Shown here piece by piece: positions 12,615 through 26,343 of a stretch of DNA of 64,000 bases. The stretch is from assembly GCA_951406725.2 (NCBI GenBank), contig OX597814.1, forward strand, positions 104,408,001 through 104,472,000. Direction: 5' to 3'. Below the pieces are notes generated by a model. The model saw only the letters and a program-made list of their open reading frames with translations, was not told the origin of the DNA and made no database searches. Source of the stretch: Octopus vulgaris. Its lineage: Eukaryota. A program made the position numbers and the translations under genes. Numbering within the stretch: position 1 is the stretch's first letter; each line of letters starts with the position of its first letter.

Positions 12615-12838
12615 TCGCTCACTTTATTATTCTATCTTTGTCTACTTTTCTCTCTTTCCCCCTCTTCCTTCTCTCTCCTCTCTCTTTCTCTAAATATGTA
12701 TGTTTGTGTACGTATGTACACAAACCCATACACACAAGCATACACACACAAACACACATATATAGTTATTAGTACCGTTATGGTTAAACGGAATAATAAA
12801 ATACATATAAACACACACAAGTATGATATATGAGATGT

Positions 12839-12877
<39 letters not shown>

Positions 12878-13269
12878 ATGTGTGTATATGTATGTGTGTA
12901 AAATGATTTATTTGAATTCTTTACATCATTCCTTCTAGCCAACCCACCCCTCCCTTCATCTCCAGCAGAACTCTCAAGACAGTTGGTAAATCTTCTGTGT
13001 TTAGTTTACCAAATTTATTATCATCTCTTTCACTCTTTCACAAACATTCTTCTTTCTATATATGTTTATTTTACAGCTTGTACTGATTTTATTTATTGGA
13101 CAGGGTTTTCAAAGGTTTTAGCCAATCATATTAACTCCATAGTAACTCCACTTATTTTACCAGTATCTATTTATCGAATTGTTAAGTTGTAAAGAGATGC
13201 AGATTTATAACGGTATGTACAAATAGGCAAACACAGACGCACAAACACACATTCACATATATAATATGT

Positions 13270-13420
13270 ATACGACGGGCTTCTTTCAGTTTCCATCTAC
13301 CAAATCCACTCACAAAGCTTTGGTCGGCCCGAGGCTATTGTAGAAGACATGCAATAGGACTGAACCCGGAGCCATGTGGTTGGTTAGCGAGCTACTTACC
13401 ACACAGCCACACCTGCGCCT
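13270..13420 (-). mobile_element. SINE family B 5' half
   Basis: Matches 31555-31717. Confidence 0.8.
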
Positions 13421-13422
13421 CG

Positions 13423-13497
<75 letters not shown>

Positions 13498-13565
13498 ATA
13501 TAATATAATATAATATACATATATATACATACATACATACATACATACATACATACATACATACA

Positions 13566-13601
<36 letters not shown>

Positions 13602-13698
13602 TATACACATTTATTAAAGCTGCAATTAAAAAGCATATTACTCTACTTTCGGTATTCGAGTACTGCTATTTTCACTTTGTGTATTTGTGTGCTTGCTC

Positions 13699-13768
<70 letters not shown>

Positions 13769-13996
13769 TTAACATGTTCTTGAGAATGTATATTTATGTT
13801 GTAATCTTTTGTGCCCAATATTTTAAGGAACTTGTTAAACTTTTTTATTTCCTTAATATCTCCTTGTTACCAAAGACTGTATATATGTAATGTAGCATTT
13901 TGTAACAATCAATAATTAACGCAACCAAACTTCTACATGTTACTTTTGACAATCTTTTTCCAAAGACTCAAACCGGTACCCTACAACTCCACTTTG

Positions 13997-14078
<82 letters not shown>

Positions 14079-14079
14079 G

Positions 14080-14259
14080 GACCGCCGAAATCTTAAAGTG
14101 TTTTTCATTCCCTCTTTGTTTCTTTTCTCTTATTCCTTTCTGTTGAAGAGCGAAGGCTCGAAATGTAAAACACTTTTTCATTTTCCCGAGCGTCAAACTA
14201 ATACACTTGCTTGTTGTTCGTACACCTATCTTCGTCTTTAGTTCTTCTATAAATTTCAA

Positions 14260-14262
<3 letters not shown>
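14080..14262 (+). mobile_element. Short repeat (PLE pseudo-LTR-like) with hammerhead-like motif at 14137-14170
   Basis: UUU-CUGUUGA-A-GAGC(gaag)GCUC-GAAA-UG-UA-AAA; homologous to copies near 44305, 48770 and 56815. Confidence 0.65.
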
Positions 14263-14315
<53 letters not shown>

Positions 14316-15098
14316 AAATGATAATTTAAAACGTTGGAGGGTATTCAGATGTGATTACATCTTTCGCCGCGGAAAGAGTCCCGCGAGAAAAGTTACATAT
14401 ACACACGCGCGCGCACGTATGTATGTATGCATACATGTATGTATGTAAGCGTACTCTTCAAATGGAATGCTACGTATCCGCGACTTGAAAGCTTCATTTG
14501 TCAGTGTATTTGAGGAACCGCCGAAGTCACAGTCACCTTGCACTTCGTGTACATAAGGATTTTAGACGCTACGAGTCATTTACCATATGATCCGATGCTT
14601 TTAAGATTTCTTCTGATAGAAACTCAAAATACAACGTACACTCACAGACACACTCACACACAGTCACACACACGCACGCACGCGTGCGCGCTTACACACA
14701 CATCATTAATTCAGAGAAAATATATCAAATTTCGAGATCTGAATCTAAAATTATCACATTCAGATTTAAGTTGCTTTGGAAATTTCTTTAATCTTTCATC
14801 AGAAAATAAAAGCTCTTCAAATGTTGGATGAAAAACTTTCTAACGACTATCTTTTGAAAAATTTCACTCCGACATAGAGAAAAGCTTTTGGCCTGACGAA
14901 GGCCCAAAGTAATTTGCTAAGAAACTAAAAACTAAAAAAACATTAGCTAATTTTTCTGTACCAGAAATGAAATACTTTCATTGCATCGATATTATTTCGC
15001 CTCTATATCGCCGTTCACTACATTTTGACTTCTCAATCTCTCTTACTCTGTACATTATTTACATTTGACGGGTATATGTCCTCATCCTGTTTGTTGTT

Positions 15099-15144
15099 AA
15101 CACAACGTTTCGGCTGATATACCCTCCAGCCTTCATCAGGTGTC
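15099..15144 (-). ncRNA. Minimal type-I hammerhead ribozyme (intact core)
   Basis: GACAC-CUGAUGA-A-GGCUG(gaggguauau)CAGCC-GAAA-CG-UU-GUGUU; palindromic stem III typical of PLE minimal hammerheads. Confidence 0.8.
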
Positions 15145-15180
15145 TATGGGGAAATTTCGAACCTGGATTCTCATTCCTAA

Positions 15181-15226
15181 GACACCCGATGAAGGCTGGA
15201 GGGTATATCAGCCGAAACGTTGTGTT
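15181..15226 (+). ncRNA. Mirror hammerhead copy with U4C change (CCGAUGA)
   Basis: Reverse-complement twin of 15099-15144. Confidence 0.6.
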
Positions 15227-15344
15227 AACAACAAACAAGATGAAGACAAATATCCGTCAAATGTAAATAATGTAAATAATGTACATAATGTACATAACTC
15301 CTCATCTCTTAAATATAGAACTCTCCTTCACTGTTTGCATATAG

Positions 15345-15680
15345 ATACAAGATGATTGCTTAATTTTGTCAGACGAGAACTGTCCCAAATTCAGTGTCAT
15401 TGTTCGGATTTACTTTCCATCACCAGAGGACTTCATAAAATACGCATCAAGAAGTGAAATGATTGTGTACCGTCTGTACGTCACTGGATTTAAGTGACAA
15501 AACCTTGAACAACACTTTTGTCGCTCGAGGTTCCAGTGACAAAAACTGCAAGATGACTGGAACTATTTTGATTGCAAGTTTTATGCCAAACAATCTTTCT
15601 CTAAGAAGCTCTGCTTTACTCACGGCTTTGCGTAAAACAACTAGAATTTTCTCTGTGCTTGGCAAATCTATATAACTCGT
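15345..15680. repeat. Unclassified dispersed repeat (second copy at ~51430-51760)
   Basis: Shared blocks caagatgattgctt..ttttgtcaga, cagaggacttcataaaat, gatttaagtgacaaaa, gcaagatgactggaacta. Confidence 0.75.
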
Positions 15681-16502
15681 AAATGGGATCATGGTGGCAG
15701 GCAGTACATATATACACACACACACACGAGCGCGTGCACATTGAATATTATACTCCATATTGATCGTAAGTAGTAAATAAAACACCAGAAACAAGAAAGA
15801 GGATGTCTAATAGTCCGCCGCTAAACTGAAATACATCAGTAATATTTCACGTGAAAACAACAGATATACATTGTCTAATTTGTGTGAAAACTATAGATAC
15901 GCATTATGCAAAGGTAGTTGTAAGAGAATCACCAGCTTTGTAGCCCATTCTCTTTATTCTGGCTCATAGATAAATTTCTTTCCTCTTATAATGTATTCCT
16001 GCATAAAGAAAGTCTTAATACTTCAATTGTTTTATAGATATTCATCTTTTTGTATCACTTGTCGGGGGAAGGAGAGGCAAGGCGCAACAGCTTTGGTTAT
16101 ATCCTTACGAACATCAGAAAGTTTCAAACCTGTTTGGTTTGAAAATCTCTGATTGTGTCTTTGAGTGACTACACACACACACACACACACACTTACACAC
16201 ATACACAGACACACAAACAAATACATATCAGCTCACACACGCATACGCACACACACAAATATAAGTATACTAACACAAGCAAACACACACACACACATAC
16301 TTATACACAAATATACACACACAAACGCACAAATGCACATACAAACACACACACGCAAACTTACATACAAATATGCACAAATACACGCACAAATACACAC
16401 ACAAATACACATACAAACACACACACAGACACTCACGCATACAAACTCACTCACAAACACACACACGCATAGCATTGTCAAACTTATTCGGTTGAATGAA
16501 TT

Positions 16503-16700
16503 TGGCGAGCTGGCAGAATCGTTAGCAAGTCGGACAAAATGCTTAGCGGCATTTCGTCCAACTTTATATTCTGAGTTCAAAATGCCCCCGAGCTCGACTT
16601 TGCCTTTCAACATTTTGGATCGATAGAGTAAATACTTGTCAACGTAATCGACTTATCGCCCACCCCGAAGTTGCTGGCCTTGTACCAAAATTTAAAACCA
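16503..16700 (+). mobile_element. SINE family C
   Basis: ggcgagctggcagaatcgttagc...ttctgagttcaaa; homologous to 47666-48068. Confidence 0.75.
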
Positions 16701-16869
16701 GTATTTGGTCGAATGGCAAAGATACTTGAACATCACCACGGCCTCTGTTTCACTGACCATCACTACAACTTCTATTTCACAGACATATTCGTCTCTCTCT
16801 CTCTCCATGTCCCACTATTACTACAATAGGTCCATGCTTCTCTACACACCTGTACTGCCAATCAACCCC

Positions 16870-17310
16870 AATATGTTACACCCTACAAACCCGCTTCTCT
16901 TCTTCGTAAACACCGCTACGTACTCTAAGATACTCTCTCGTCCCCAGTTTCCCGCGCTAAATTACATCCCAAATGTTTTGATTCCAGGATGCAAACTTAT
17001 AAAACAAACCAGTCCTCGTCCAACAGTGTTTCTGCTGGCTTTAACTTATATTTCCTTACGAATATTAATTTATCCACAAATGTCCAGCCTGGGCTTCACT
17101 AACATTAATGCTAACAACCCAGGGGAGACTTTAATAGCAGGAGACCTGCCGCCACATGCCATGCACACCTTGTTGAAGGACCTGGGGGTTTCTACTGTCA
17201 GGAGGTAAATTGTGATAAATGCGACGTGTTGACCTTTGCGACCTCTGTTCTGCTCTTCAAGGAAAGCTTCGTCCCGGCCCATGTCTGGGTGAGACTATCA
17301 CTCTGCTCGA
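16870..17310 (+). pseudogene. Possible ORF1 (gag-like) relic of an I/Nimb-clade LINE
   Basis: LLKDLGVSTVRR...SVLLFKESFVPAHVWV resembles the ORF1 pattern L-x-x-x-GV-x-x-VRR...L-x-F...P-x-x-V; interrupted by stops and a frameshift. Confidence 0.4.
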
Positions 17311-20300
17311 AAGTCTTTTTCTTTCTTATTCTCTTACCTCCCCCTTTACCCTCTCCTCTCTCTCCTCTCCCTTCTCTCTCTCTTTTCCACTCATACAAGC
17401 ATATACATTTAATAGATTAGCTTCCATGATATGTTATAATTTTGTTGGTGAAAACGCTAAAGATCAAATATGATGTTAAAAAATAAAAAAAAAGAAATAT
17501 TGTTTAGAGACAAATATTTTTACAGCGGTAAATATGGGAGATAACTCTGTGCATTTCATTCTTGTTTGAGTTCTTTTGCAGAAATATGATTTCACCGTTC
17601 CTGGAATGTTAGCGAATGAATCTGTCTGTCTGTGTGTCTGTCTGTTTATTGTTGGTGATCAGAAAGAGAGAAAGAGAAAAAAAATTCCTTATGGTAAACA
17701 ATTCTCATGTGCCATCCTCCCAGAAAACAGTTGCTAAGTGGGTGAAAGCATTTTTAATGGTCCCTATCTAGTTAGCTGCATGTGTTTACAGATTAGACTC
17801 CAAATGTTATAGGTGAAACGTTAATGTGATGTTAAAACATTTCTAAAACGTTGTACAATCTACTACCAATACCATGGCTACCACACACACACACACACAC
17901 ATTATATACATGTGTGTGTGTGTATATATACACATATGTGTAAATATATATATATAAATATATAGCTCTCTCGCTATATATATAGATATATAGATAGATA
18001 AATGTATGTATTTGTAAATATATGTGTGTAAATATACGCACACATGCATTTATACATATACCATATGCATATATATATTTGTTTATACACATTATAGATA
18101 CAGACAGATGTACGGATGTGCCTGTGCCGTCAGTTGCATATATCAGGTTTTATATCATATTTCTTCGAAGTGCCTCACGTAAATAAAATATAAAAACCTT
18201 TTAATTACAGACACATGCGCCGACAACTAAAATGAATGAAGCTACCTTCCTACTTGATATCTCAAGCTCTGTTCCCACCTAACTATCTACCCACGTATAC
18301 ACATACATGCATATATTCTTATTCACGTATATTTTTAACATATATACATATATACACACACATACATGTAAACATGCATTCAAACATATCTACAAACTTG
18401 TGTATTACACAAATATATATATATGAATACACACAGACACACTCACACACAGACACATACACACACAGACACATACACACACGCATGCACTTAAATATAA
18501 GGGCCGCATCCTAGTGACTGATACCGCTATCCAGGATCAGAAAATACTTCATGTCCCCTAAACTTTCGATATTCTGAGCTTTAGCTTTGATGTAGACCGG
18601 ACGGAATATTACTCTTCCATCGGGGTCAGTGCCGCTGAGTCAGTACCTCTGCTGACATTTTAGTCTGCATCCACAAAATAGCCGTTCGAATGATTAACAT
18701 AAAATCTCTCACAAGGCTTCACCAATCGCTGACGCGCATGCGCCCTGTCTCTGTTTATTTTACCACTACTATAATGGCCTCTACTCTTCAATGGTGGCTG
18801 GGCTGTTCCAAAATGGAATGAGTAGGCCTGAAATAGAAAACAAAGACAAAAGAAAACCATTCATTTATCGGTCTGCTGCGGAGGTGATGCGAAACCTTGG
18901 CTCTTGTAACTGTAATTTCGTCGGAACAGTTAAAACATTCCAGCTGACTGGATACAAGTGAATTTACTTGGGGAAACTATTTCATGTTTTATCAATAGTT
19001 ATTAGTTCCTGGTATTTGTATGTATGTATGTATGTATGTATGTATGTATGTATGTATGTATGTATGTATGTATGTATGTATGTATGTATGTATGTATCTA
19101 CCTACCTACATACACACACACATACATACATATATATTTATGTATGTTGATATTAATTGTAGTATCATAATTCACCATAGTTGTTAGAGTATAATAGAAG
19201 TTTTGTAATATAAATTCGCTCAAGTTTATGTAATAGCAATTTTCTTTCTCTTCATTTCTCCATAGTTTTTCATTCAATTTTATGTGATATCGTTTCGCTT
19301 CTATACTTCCTTTTTAAACATGTTATAAATTTAATTAAAACACTTTCAAACTTATGTGTGATATATAAATTTTCTTTCATTTTTCATATTTTTTCTTCAC
19401 TGTACTGTATTTTTCGACAGGGAAAAATTAGTTTATCTATCAATTTACTAAATTTTGACACGTGTAACATTTTTTCGGTATCTTCTTTATTCTATTTTGT
19501 TTCATTTTTTTTATAGAGTTTTTATTTTCGTACCAATTTAATCTGATATGAAGTTGTTTACAGTCTCTCTTTTTCTTTCATAGCGTTATTTGTTTGAACT
19601 TGTATTAAAATTTTAGTTTTATATACAAATTTTGTCTATTAACTCTTTAAAATGTTGTTTGCAAAGAAATCTAGTCATTTTCTGTCTCCTCGACAACTCG
19701 ATGCCAAAATTGATGGGAAGTATAAATTCTTGGAAGTCAAATGCTGTTAGCGACAATAAAAGCCCAGATAGGAAATATACTTGGGAGAGCAACAATATCA
19801 CGGGCCCAGAAATACAAATTAAGAGTAGACCCTGCCCCGCCTCCAGCGAATGCTTCTTTTTAATTCAAGAACTAACCAGTTTCCTGTCTTGCTTCGCGCT
19901 ATATTTAGAAAATCAGTTTTTAAAGTTATTAAGAACATTGATATGAAAGAACTTCTACCCCCTGCCAATTTCAAGCAGAAGTTGGTCTTGTCATCCACCA
20001 GAGGCATGAATAAAAGTAAGGAACTACCGGAGGAAACGAAGAGGTGGAACCGAGGGAGGTGACGAACATTGAGACATACTGTTTTTTCCATGGTTTAAAT
20101 TAGAGAAAAAGGATCAGTACTTGCTCAGGAAATTTTGAAAGGGCTCTGAAGCAGGTGTGAGAATGTAATCACAGCCCATGGGCTACTTTTTAGACTAGCA
20201 ATCTTGCCTGAATACTCATATTACAGCGACATCTGCTAAAACAACTGAGGATCCGGTATGACGCGGCGGGGGAAACGTTAAACAGTGTAACAGGTTAAGT

Positions 20301-21832
20301 CTGCCACCCAGAAAATTTCACCACGGTTAACTCCACCTGTTTCATAAACACTCCGTATAAAGGAAAGAAGTATTCCTTGATGACGAAAAATAACAGCGGT
20401 CAACCTGTTGATGTTTGAATCTACCAGAAGACATTCAAAATGAATAAATACGTTATTGTTTCTATTCCCACTGTTCTGAATGCTTCTCATGAATTATTGT
20501 CGAGAATCTTTACAATCAAATATATTATTCTGCCTGAAATATATCCTCACATAGTTCACAAATATTTCTACATCAAGAAACTCAGCTTCGCGAAGGGTGG
20601 CCAGCTTCTAAGAATGAAGTAGAGACTAAAATATTTTATAAAGACGGATGTAATTTTAAAACGTTGTTTGTCAATACAGAAATATCAGTTATTTTTCTGC
20701 CAGAAATGAATAAAATAATATTTTCTATTCCGAAACACAAGTAAATGCCATGGGAATTAGTAATGTTCTTTCCTTTTTTTTTTTACCTTATACGACTTTC
20801 AATCACACACACACATACACACGTATGTACGCGCGCACACACACACATACACACACAGAGATACAGACACAGACAGACATACACGCATACTCTCTTTTCT
20901 CTCTTGCCTATGCATACACTGCAAACATACACAAATTGAAATTAAACAAACAGCAGACTATACACGTACAAAACACACACACAAACACATACACACACTC
21001 ACACACACACACACACACACGCGCACACACACACATATACACAAACACAAACACACAGAGCCACACATCAAAAAACAAAAGAGCCACAACCATAGTTCTA
21101 AAACAACTATGAATACACACTTTTGAACATCTCACACATATACACACAGATCTTAAATAAGTACGCACGTTCATACTCGAATAGCTCTCATACACACACA
21201 CACATATATATATCTTCTCGCGTGCTATTCTGTGCTTCTATTGCCCAAGCTCATAATCTCCCAACTGCTACAAACGAAACTCCCTCCATATAAAGCTAAC
21301 GTACGCTACACTCTGTTTATCTCCCTTGCTGCTCTGACATGCATGAAACCTTTTTTTTCCAGCTCACTTCCGATCATTTTCATAAATGGCGCTGATGCGT
21401 TATACATGCGCGGACATTTAATTAGTTTCAGTTCGTTTTTTTCTTATTTTTTCTTTTTAATATCTTCCTGTTTCATCTTTCTGAAAAAGAGATTTCCTCC
21501 GAAACGTTAAAAGAAATTTTCATTTCTCAGCATGAATCTGCTGACCACGTTTTCTTATATTTTATCCTGTTTTCCGTTCTTATATTATGGGTATTATTAC
21601 ATTCTGCGAAACATAAAAAATAAATGATAAAACCATGAGAGCTACCAAGAAACAAGACTTTATTCCGATAACATAGAACTCTGGAGACACGCAAGGAATG
21701 AATTTTTCGAGGCGTTGTAAGTTGCTTCTTGTTTGTTGAAGATCTTTTGTGTAAAGTTATCGAGATGATTGAGAAAGCGATAATCTGTAGGAGAGAGATC
21801 CGGAGAGAAAATCAGGTGAGATAAAATTTAGT

Positions 21833-22026
21833 ATAAAGTGATAGCATGTTGTCAACTTAATGTGACAGTCTCATAAAAGGGAAGAATGCCACTATTATTT
21901 AACCCTAGGAAACACCGTTTCCTGTTGGACTTGATACATTTCCATAAGGACACAGGCTAAATAACAGTAGCATACATTCCTTTCATGGGACTGTCACATT
22001 AAGTTGACAACATGCCATCACTTTAT
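21833..22026. repeat. MITE-like inverted repeat (~70-bp arms)
   Basis: ataaagtgatagcatgttgtcaacttaatgtgacagtc versus gactgtcacattaagttgacaacatgccatcactttat. Confidence 0.85.
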
Positions 22027-22743
22027 CGTGCTGTTACTGCATAAATCTCTCTTATAGAGATTTAGAAATATATTATTTCTATTTCCAAAGTTTAGTATGT
22101 CTTGTTTAATGTCGTGGAGTGGTTTATGTGACAAGCAATCGAGTGTTACGATGGAGAAGAATTGGTCGTTCTATACTGAACAGTATTGGAGATAAATGCT
22201 GCAGTTCTTGGTACATTTTGTTGATTCCATGGAAATACTTTTCTGTTGGAATGGTTTCAGTAGGATTCGTGAAATATTTGGATTATTCTACTTGCTGACC
22301 GCCAGATATTGATTTCTTTTGGAGCAGCTTCAGTTTAGGAAAGTGGTTCGGTTCTTCACCTCGGTCGATTCTCAGCGCAGAATCTAATCATAACAGAATT
22401 CACTTTTCATTACGTTTCAAAATGTGACCAAGAATTGGATCTTGTTTATTGCGCGAAAGAAACACAGAGCAAACTTCGTAATAGCAAATTATTATTCTTA
22501 TTGAGCTCTGGTAGCAACCATTTGTTGAGCGTTTTGAAGTCCCATCGGGGTATAAATGTCAAATGTCCACAAAAGAAAAAAAAAAATCTATTGACTATCT
22601 ATCGTTTAATTTTATTACAGTCTTCAGTTGTTTTCCATGGATTAGATTGGCACCACGGATGAATTTCAGTTTGTTAATCAATGTCTACTTTGTCAATTGA
22701 TGAAAGTCAGTCTCGACTTTCCTCATATTCAAAGCTCTAGTTT

Positions 22744-23200
22744 CCATCCATCCATCCGTCCGTCCATCCATCCATCCATCCATCCATCCATCCATCCATC
22801 CATCCATCCATTTTTTCTCGCTCATTATATCTGGATTATTGGAGAAGAGTCCTCAGGCATCCCCTTCGTAGGGTTATATCAAAAGTCATCGTCATTACAC
22901 TTTCCCGAGGAGTTCCCAGGTATGACCAACTGAATCCATGGATATTATTCAGCAATTTCGTTCTTGGTCTACCCCTTGGACTCCGGTCGGTTGGCTTCAA
23001 TATTTCTTGCGGTGATTATTTCCTGCGACATTCTAATCACGCGTCCGTAGCGCCATATCTGTGACCTCTCAATGCAGACAAGCAGCAGCAGCTCAACTTG
23101 GAGAGACTCCCTGAGCTATGCATCTTGTCCAATAATGCTATTCCAGAGAAACCTTATTTCGACCGTTTGCATTTTGACCCCAACATTCATGACCATAAAC
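22744..23200 (-). mobile_element. RTE-clade LINE 3' fragment with (GGAT)n tail
   Basis: Minus translation RESLQVELLLLVCIERSQIWRYGRVIRMSQE matches the RTE 'R-x-RW-x-GH-x-x-RM' region; the (CCAT)n tract lies at its 3' end. Confidence 0.7.
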
Positions 23201-23938
23201 GAGGATAGACACGAAAACCGAACTGAAAGTAGCTTTTAAATCCCTTACAAAATTTTCGGAACAAACAATGGGTGACGTCATTCGTTGGCGGTCATTTGGT
23301 CAAATACTTGGTTGATATTGCGACCAGTTTACGTTACTTTGTTTTCCATTTTGAACTTAGAACAAAAAATAAAATCCTGGCGGTTTTACTATCTTTCATT
23401 CGATGGCCGAAAATCAAAAGACAAATAAAAAGAATTGACATTAAAAGTAAAGCCATTAGCATAAGTTCTTTTTTTTTGCGTTCACAGTCAAATAAAAGTT
23501 TATTTTAAAATAAGCATCAATATTTAGATTAACAAAACTCCATTATTTTCGCACCTCCCTTACATATTATATATATATATATATATATATTTACGTATAA
23601 ATATATATATATATATATACACACATTCACTTTCACAAAAAAAAACCTCATTTACACCTCCAGACACGGACATACACTCTCTCGCTCGCACACACACAGG
23701 CACCCTCTCTTTCTCTCTCGTTCGCTCTCTCTCCTCCTACGCAGCCACACGACCATACGAAAACACACACATATGCAACCCTACCTGCACACGCACTCAC
23801 ACACATGCGCACTCAAGCATGCATTTATTCAAATAGATACGTTCCCACAACAGATCAACATTGGAATATGCACAGACACTCAAACACACGAAGCACAAGC
23901 ACAGATACACGCAAGCATATACATACACACACACACAT

Positions 23939-23978
<40 letters not shown>

Positions 23979-24298
23979 ACACACATTCATTTATTCATGT
24001 AGATGCATATTGAAAATAAACGCACATTGAACTCTGAGCACCATAAAATCACAAATGCACGCAATTCTAAACACACAGGGACACAATAATAAAGATACGT
24101 ACTCACTAACATTCGTTTATTTAAATATTGACAAATGCTAAACCGTACGTGAATATTGGAGCATAAAGACACGCATGCGCACACACAGACCGTTGCATTC
24201 ACACATACATGTTTATTTATTCAACTACACACCTACACAAACCAACTGGCCCATAAAACGCACACACATGACGGGAATATATAAATGCACACACTCAT

Positions 24299-24385
<87 letters not shown>

Positions 24386-24542
24386 ATATTGATATATGTA
24401 TATATGACTATATATATTATACGCATATATATATACATATACGCATATATACATATATATATACGCATATGTATACATATACGCATACATACATATACGC
24501 ATATATATATATACATATACGCATACATACATATATATACGC

Positions 24543-24613
<71 letters not shown>

Positions 24614-24700
24614 TCAATATAGGGTGGCAAAAAAAAAAAAAATTTTGTAGAATTCTTTTGCCACCAGCGGCCTAGTGGGAAAAAATTAAATAGTCATAAA

Positions 24701-24748
<48 letters not shown>

Positions 24749-24909
24749 GTTCTTCCCTGCTGGTTCACACATTCATATAAAGAAACAAGCTGCTTAGATG
24801 TGTTAACAAGGAGTTACACTTCAGTTGTTGTTTGTAACCAAGTCAAGCGAGCAGACTAAATAAATATGAACATACAGATGCATCTGTATGTATCCACGTA
24901 CACACACGT

Positions 24910-24942
<33 letters not shown>

Positions 24943-25195
24943 AGCACACACGCACACACTTATATTCATACATATATATGTATACATCATACACGCTTGC
25001 ATGCGTAGATACTTACACCCGCAGACATGATGCTCCTTGACGAAGCGAACAGTACGCCGACGGATACATTGTGGTCTGTGATACGCTATTACTAATTCAT
25101 TGTCATACAGAAAACCTGCATACATTTGTGTTGCGGATGTATGCATGTGCGTGTTAATAACCACACACTTTTGATTTCTACAGTACTCGAACAGA

Positions 25196-25589
25196 TTAGC
25201 AGAATCACCCGGCGTTGCTCGGGTTTGTTTCGACCCTTTAGAATTGGAAATTTTGAAAAGTAAAAATTTTGCATTATGTAGCTTGTTATTCTCTTTAAGT
25301 GAACATTTTTCTAGTTGAAATACACCGAAAAATGGCGACACAGCAGTCAAAAGATCGTAAAAAATAGGGATTTTCATAGAAAGAAAAAGCACCTTTTTGA
25401 TGTAAATAAGTTTTGGTGTTAACATGGTCCAATTTGAATTTTATCTGCTACAGAATGAAGAACAAGCCTTCTTCTATCATACTCTCAATTTTGGTCAACT
25501 TGCGCCGCAGGGTCTTGGATGAGATAATGTTAGTTGAAGGCTACCAAACCTGCCATACACAGACAACTTCAGCTTTATATATATAGAGA
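25196..25589 (-). mobile_element. Non-autonomous Helitron (second family)
   Basis: 5' A|TCTCTATATATATAAAGC; 3' hairpin cccgagcaacgccggg + CTAA|T; closely similar copy at 50502-50865. Confidence 0.88.
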
Positions 25590-26090
25590 TTAAATAAATA
25601 AATTAAATGCTACTAAAATTTTATTATGATAGACTATATATCTCTCTCAACATAGATTGAAAATAATAGAAGATAATTTAAATTAAACTATGCTTAGTGG
25701 AATTAGCCCCCTTGGTACTAATCACCTATGAATTCCCATAGTGCTCTGCTATCTTCACTTTCTCTAATCGCCATTTCGAAAGACATCTTGGGCCTATCAA
25801 AGGAGGATATGTACCTGCATTTTTCATGTTATATTTCACATTTAATCAGAGACATTTTTATTCCCATGTATAATTCTATATCTTATATTTTGTATTTGAC
25901 ATTATATACTTGACTTTATAAGTTTGATATATGTATACTAATTCATATTTATAATGTATGATTTATAATTTTAAAAAAAATTTTAATGTTTAATTTAACG
26001 CTTAACTTTAAGATGATGTAAAATTAGATTAACAATATTTTGAAAAAGAACCAGAAAATGTGTTGGTAGAATTGAAAATCTGATGAGTGC

Positions 26091-26173
<83 letters not shown>

Positions 26174-26227
26174 TAATGATAATAATAATAATAATCTTCC
26201 AAATACTGAAACACGTGTAGTTCCTTC

Positions 26228-26284
<57 letters not shown>

Positions 26285-26343
26285 GTGTATTTTGTTTCAT
26301 ATTTATATTTGCATTTTTATATTTTTATAATTGTACTTTATAA

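Larger units (their letters stand above)
15051..15274. repeat. Palindrome with 95-bp arms, each carrying a hammerhead motif
   Basis: Arms 15051-15145 and 15180-15274, 34-nt spacer, few mismatches. Confidence 0.92.

Noticed and set aside
14892-14915. CUGACGA-A-GGC...GAAAC hammerhead-like string
   Set aside because: Stems II and I do not pair convincingly.
24856-25425. 189-aa ORF
   Set aside because: Runs across a non-coding Helitron end and a microsatellite; chance frame.
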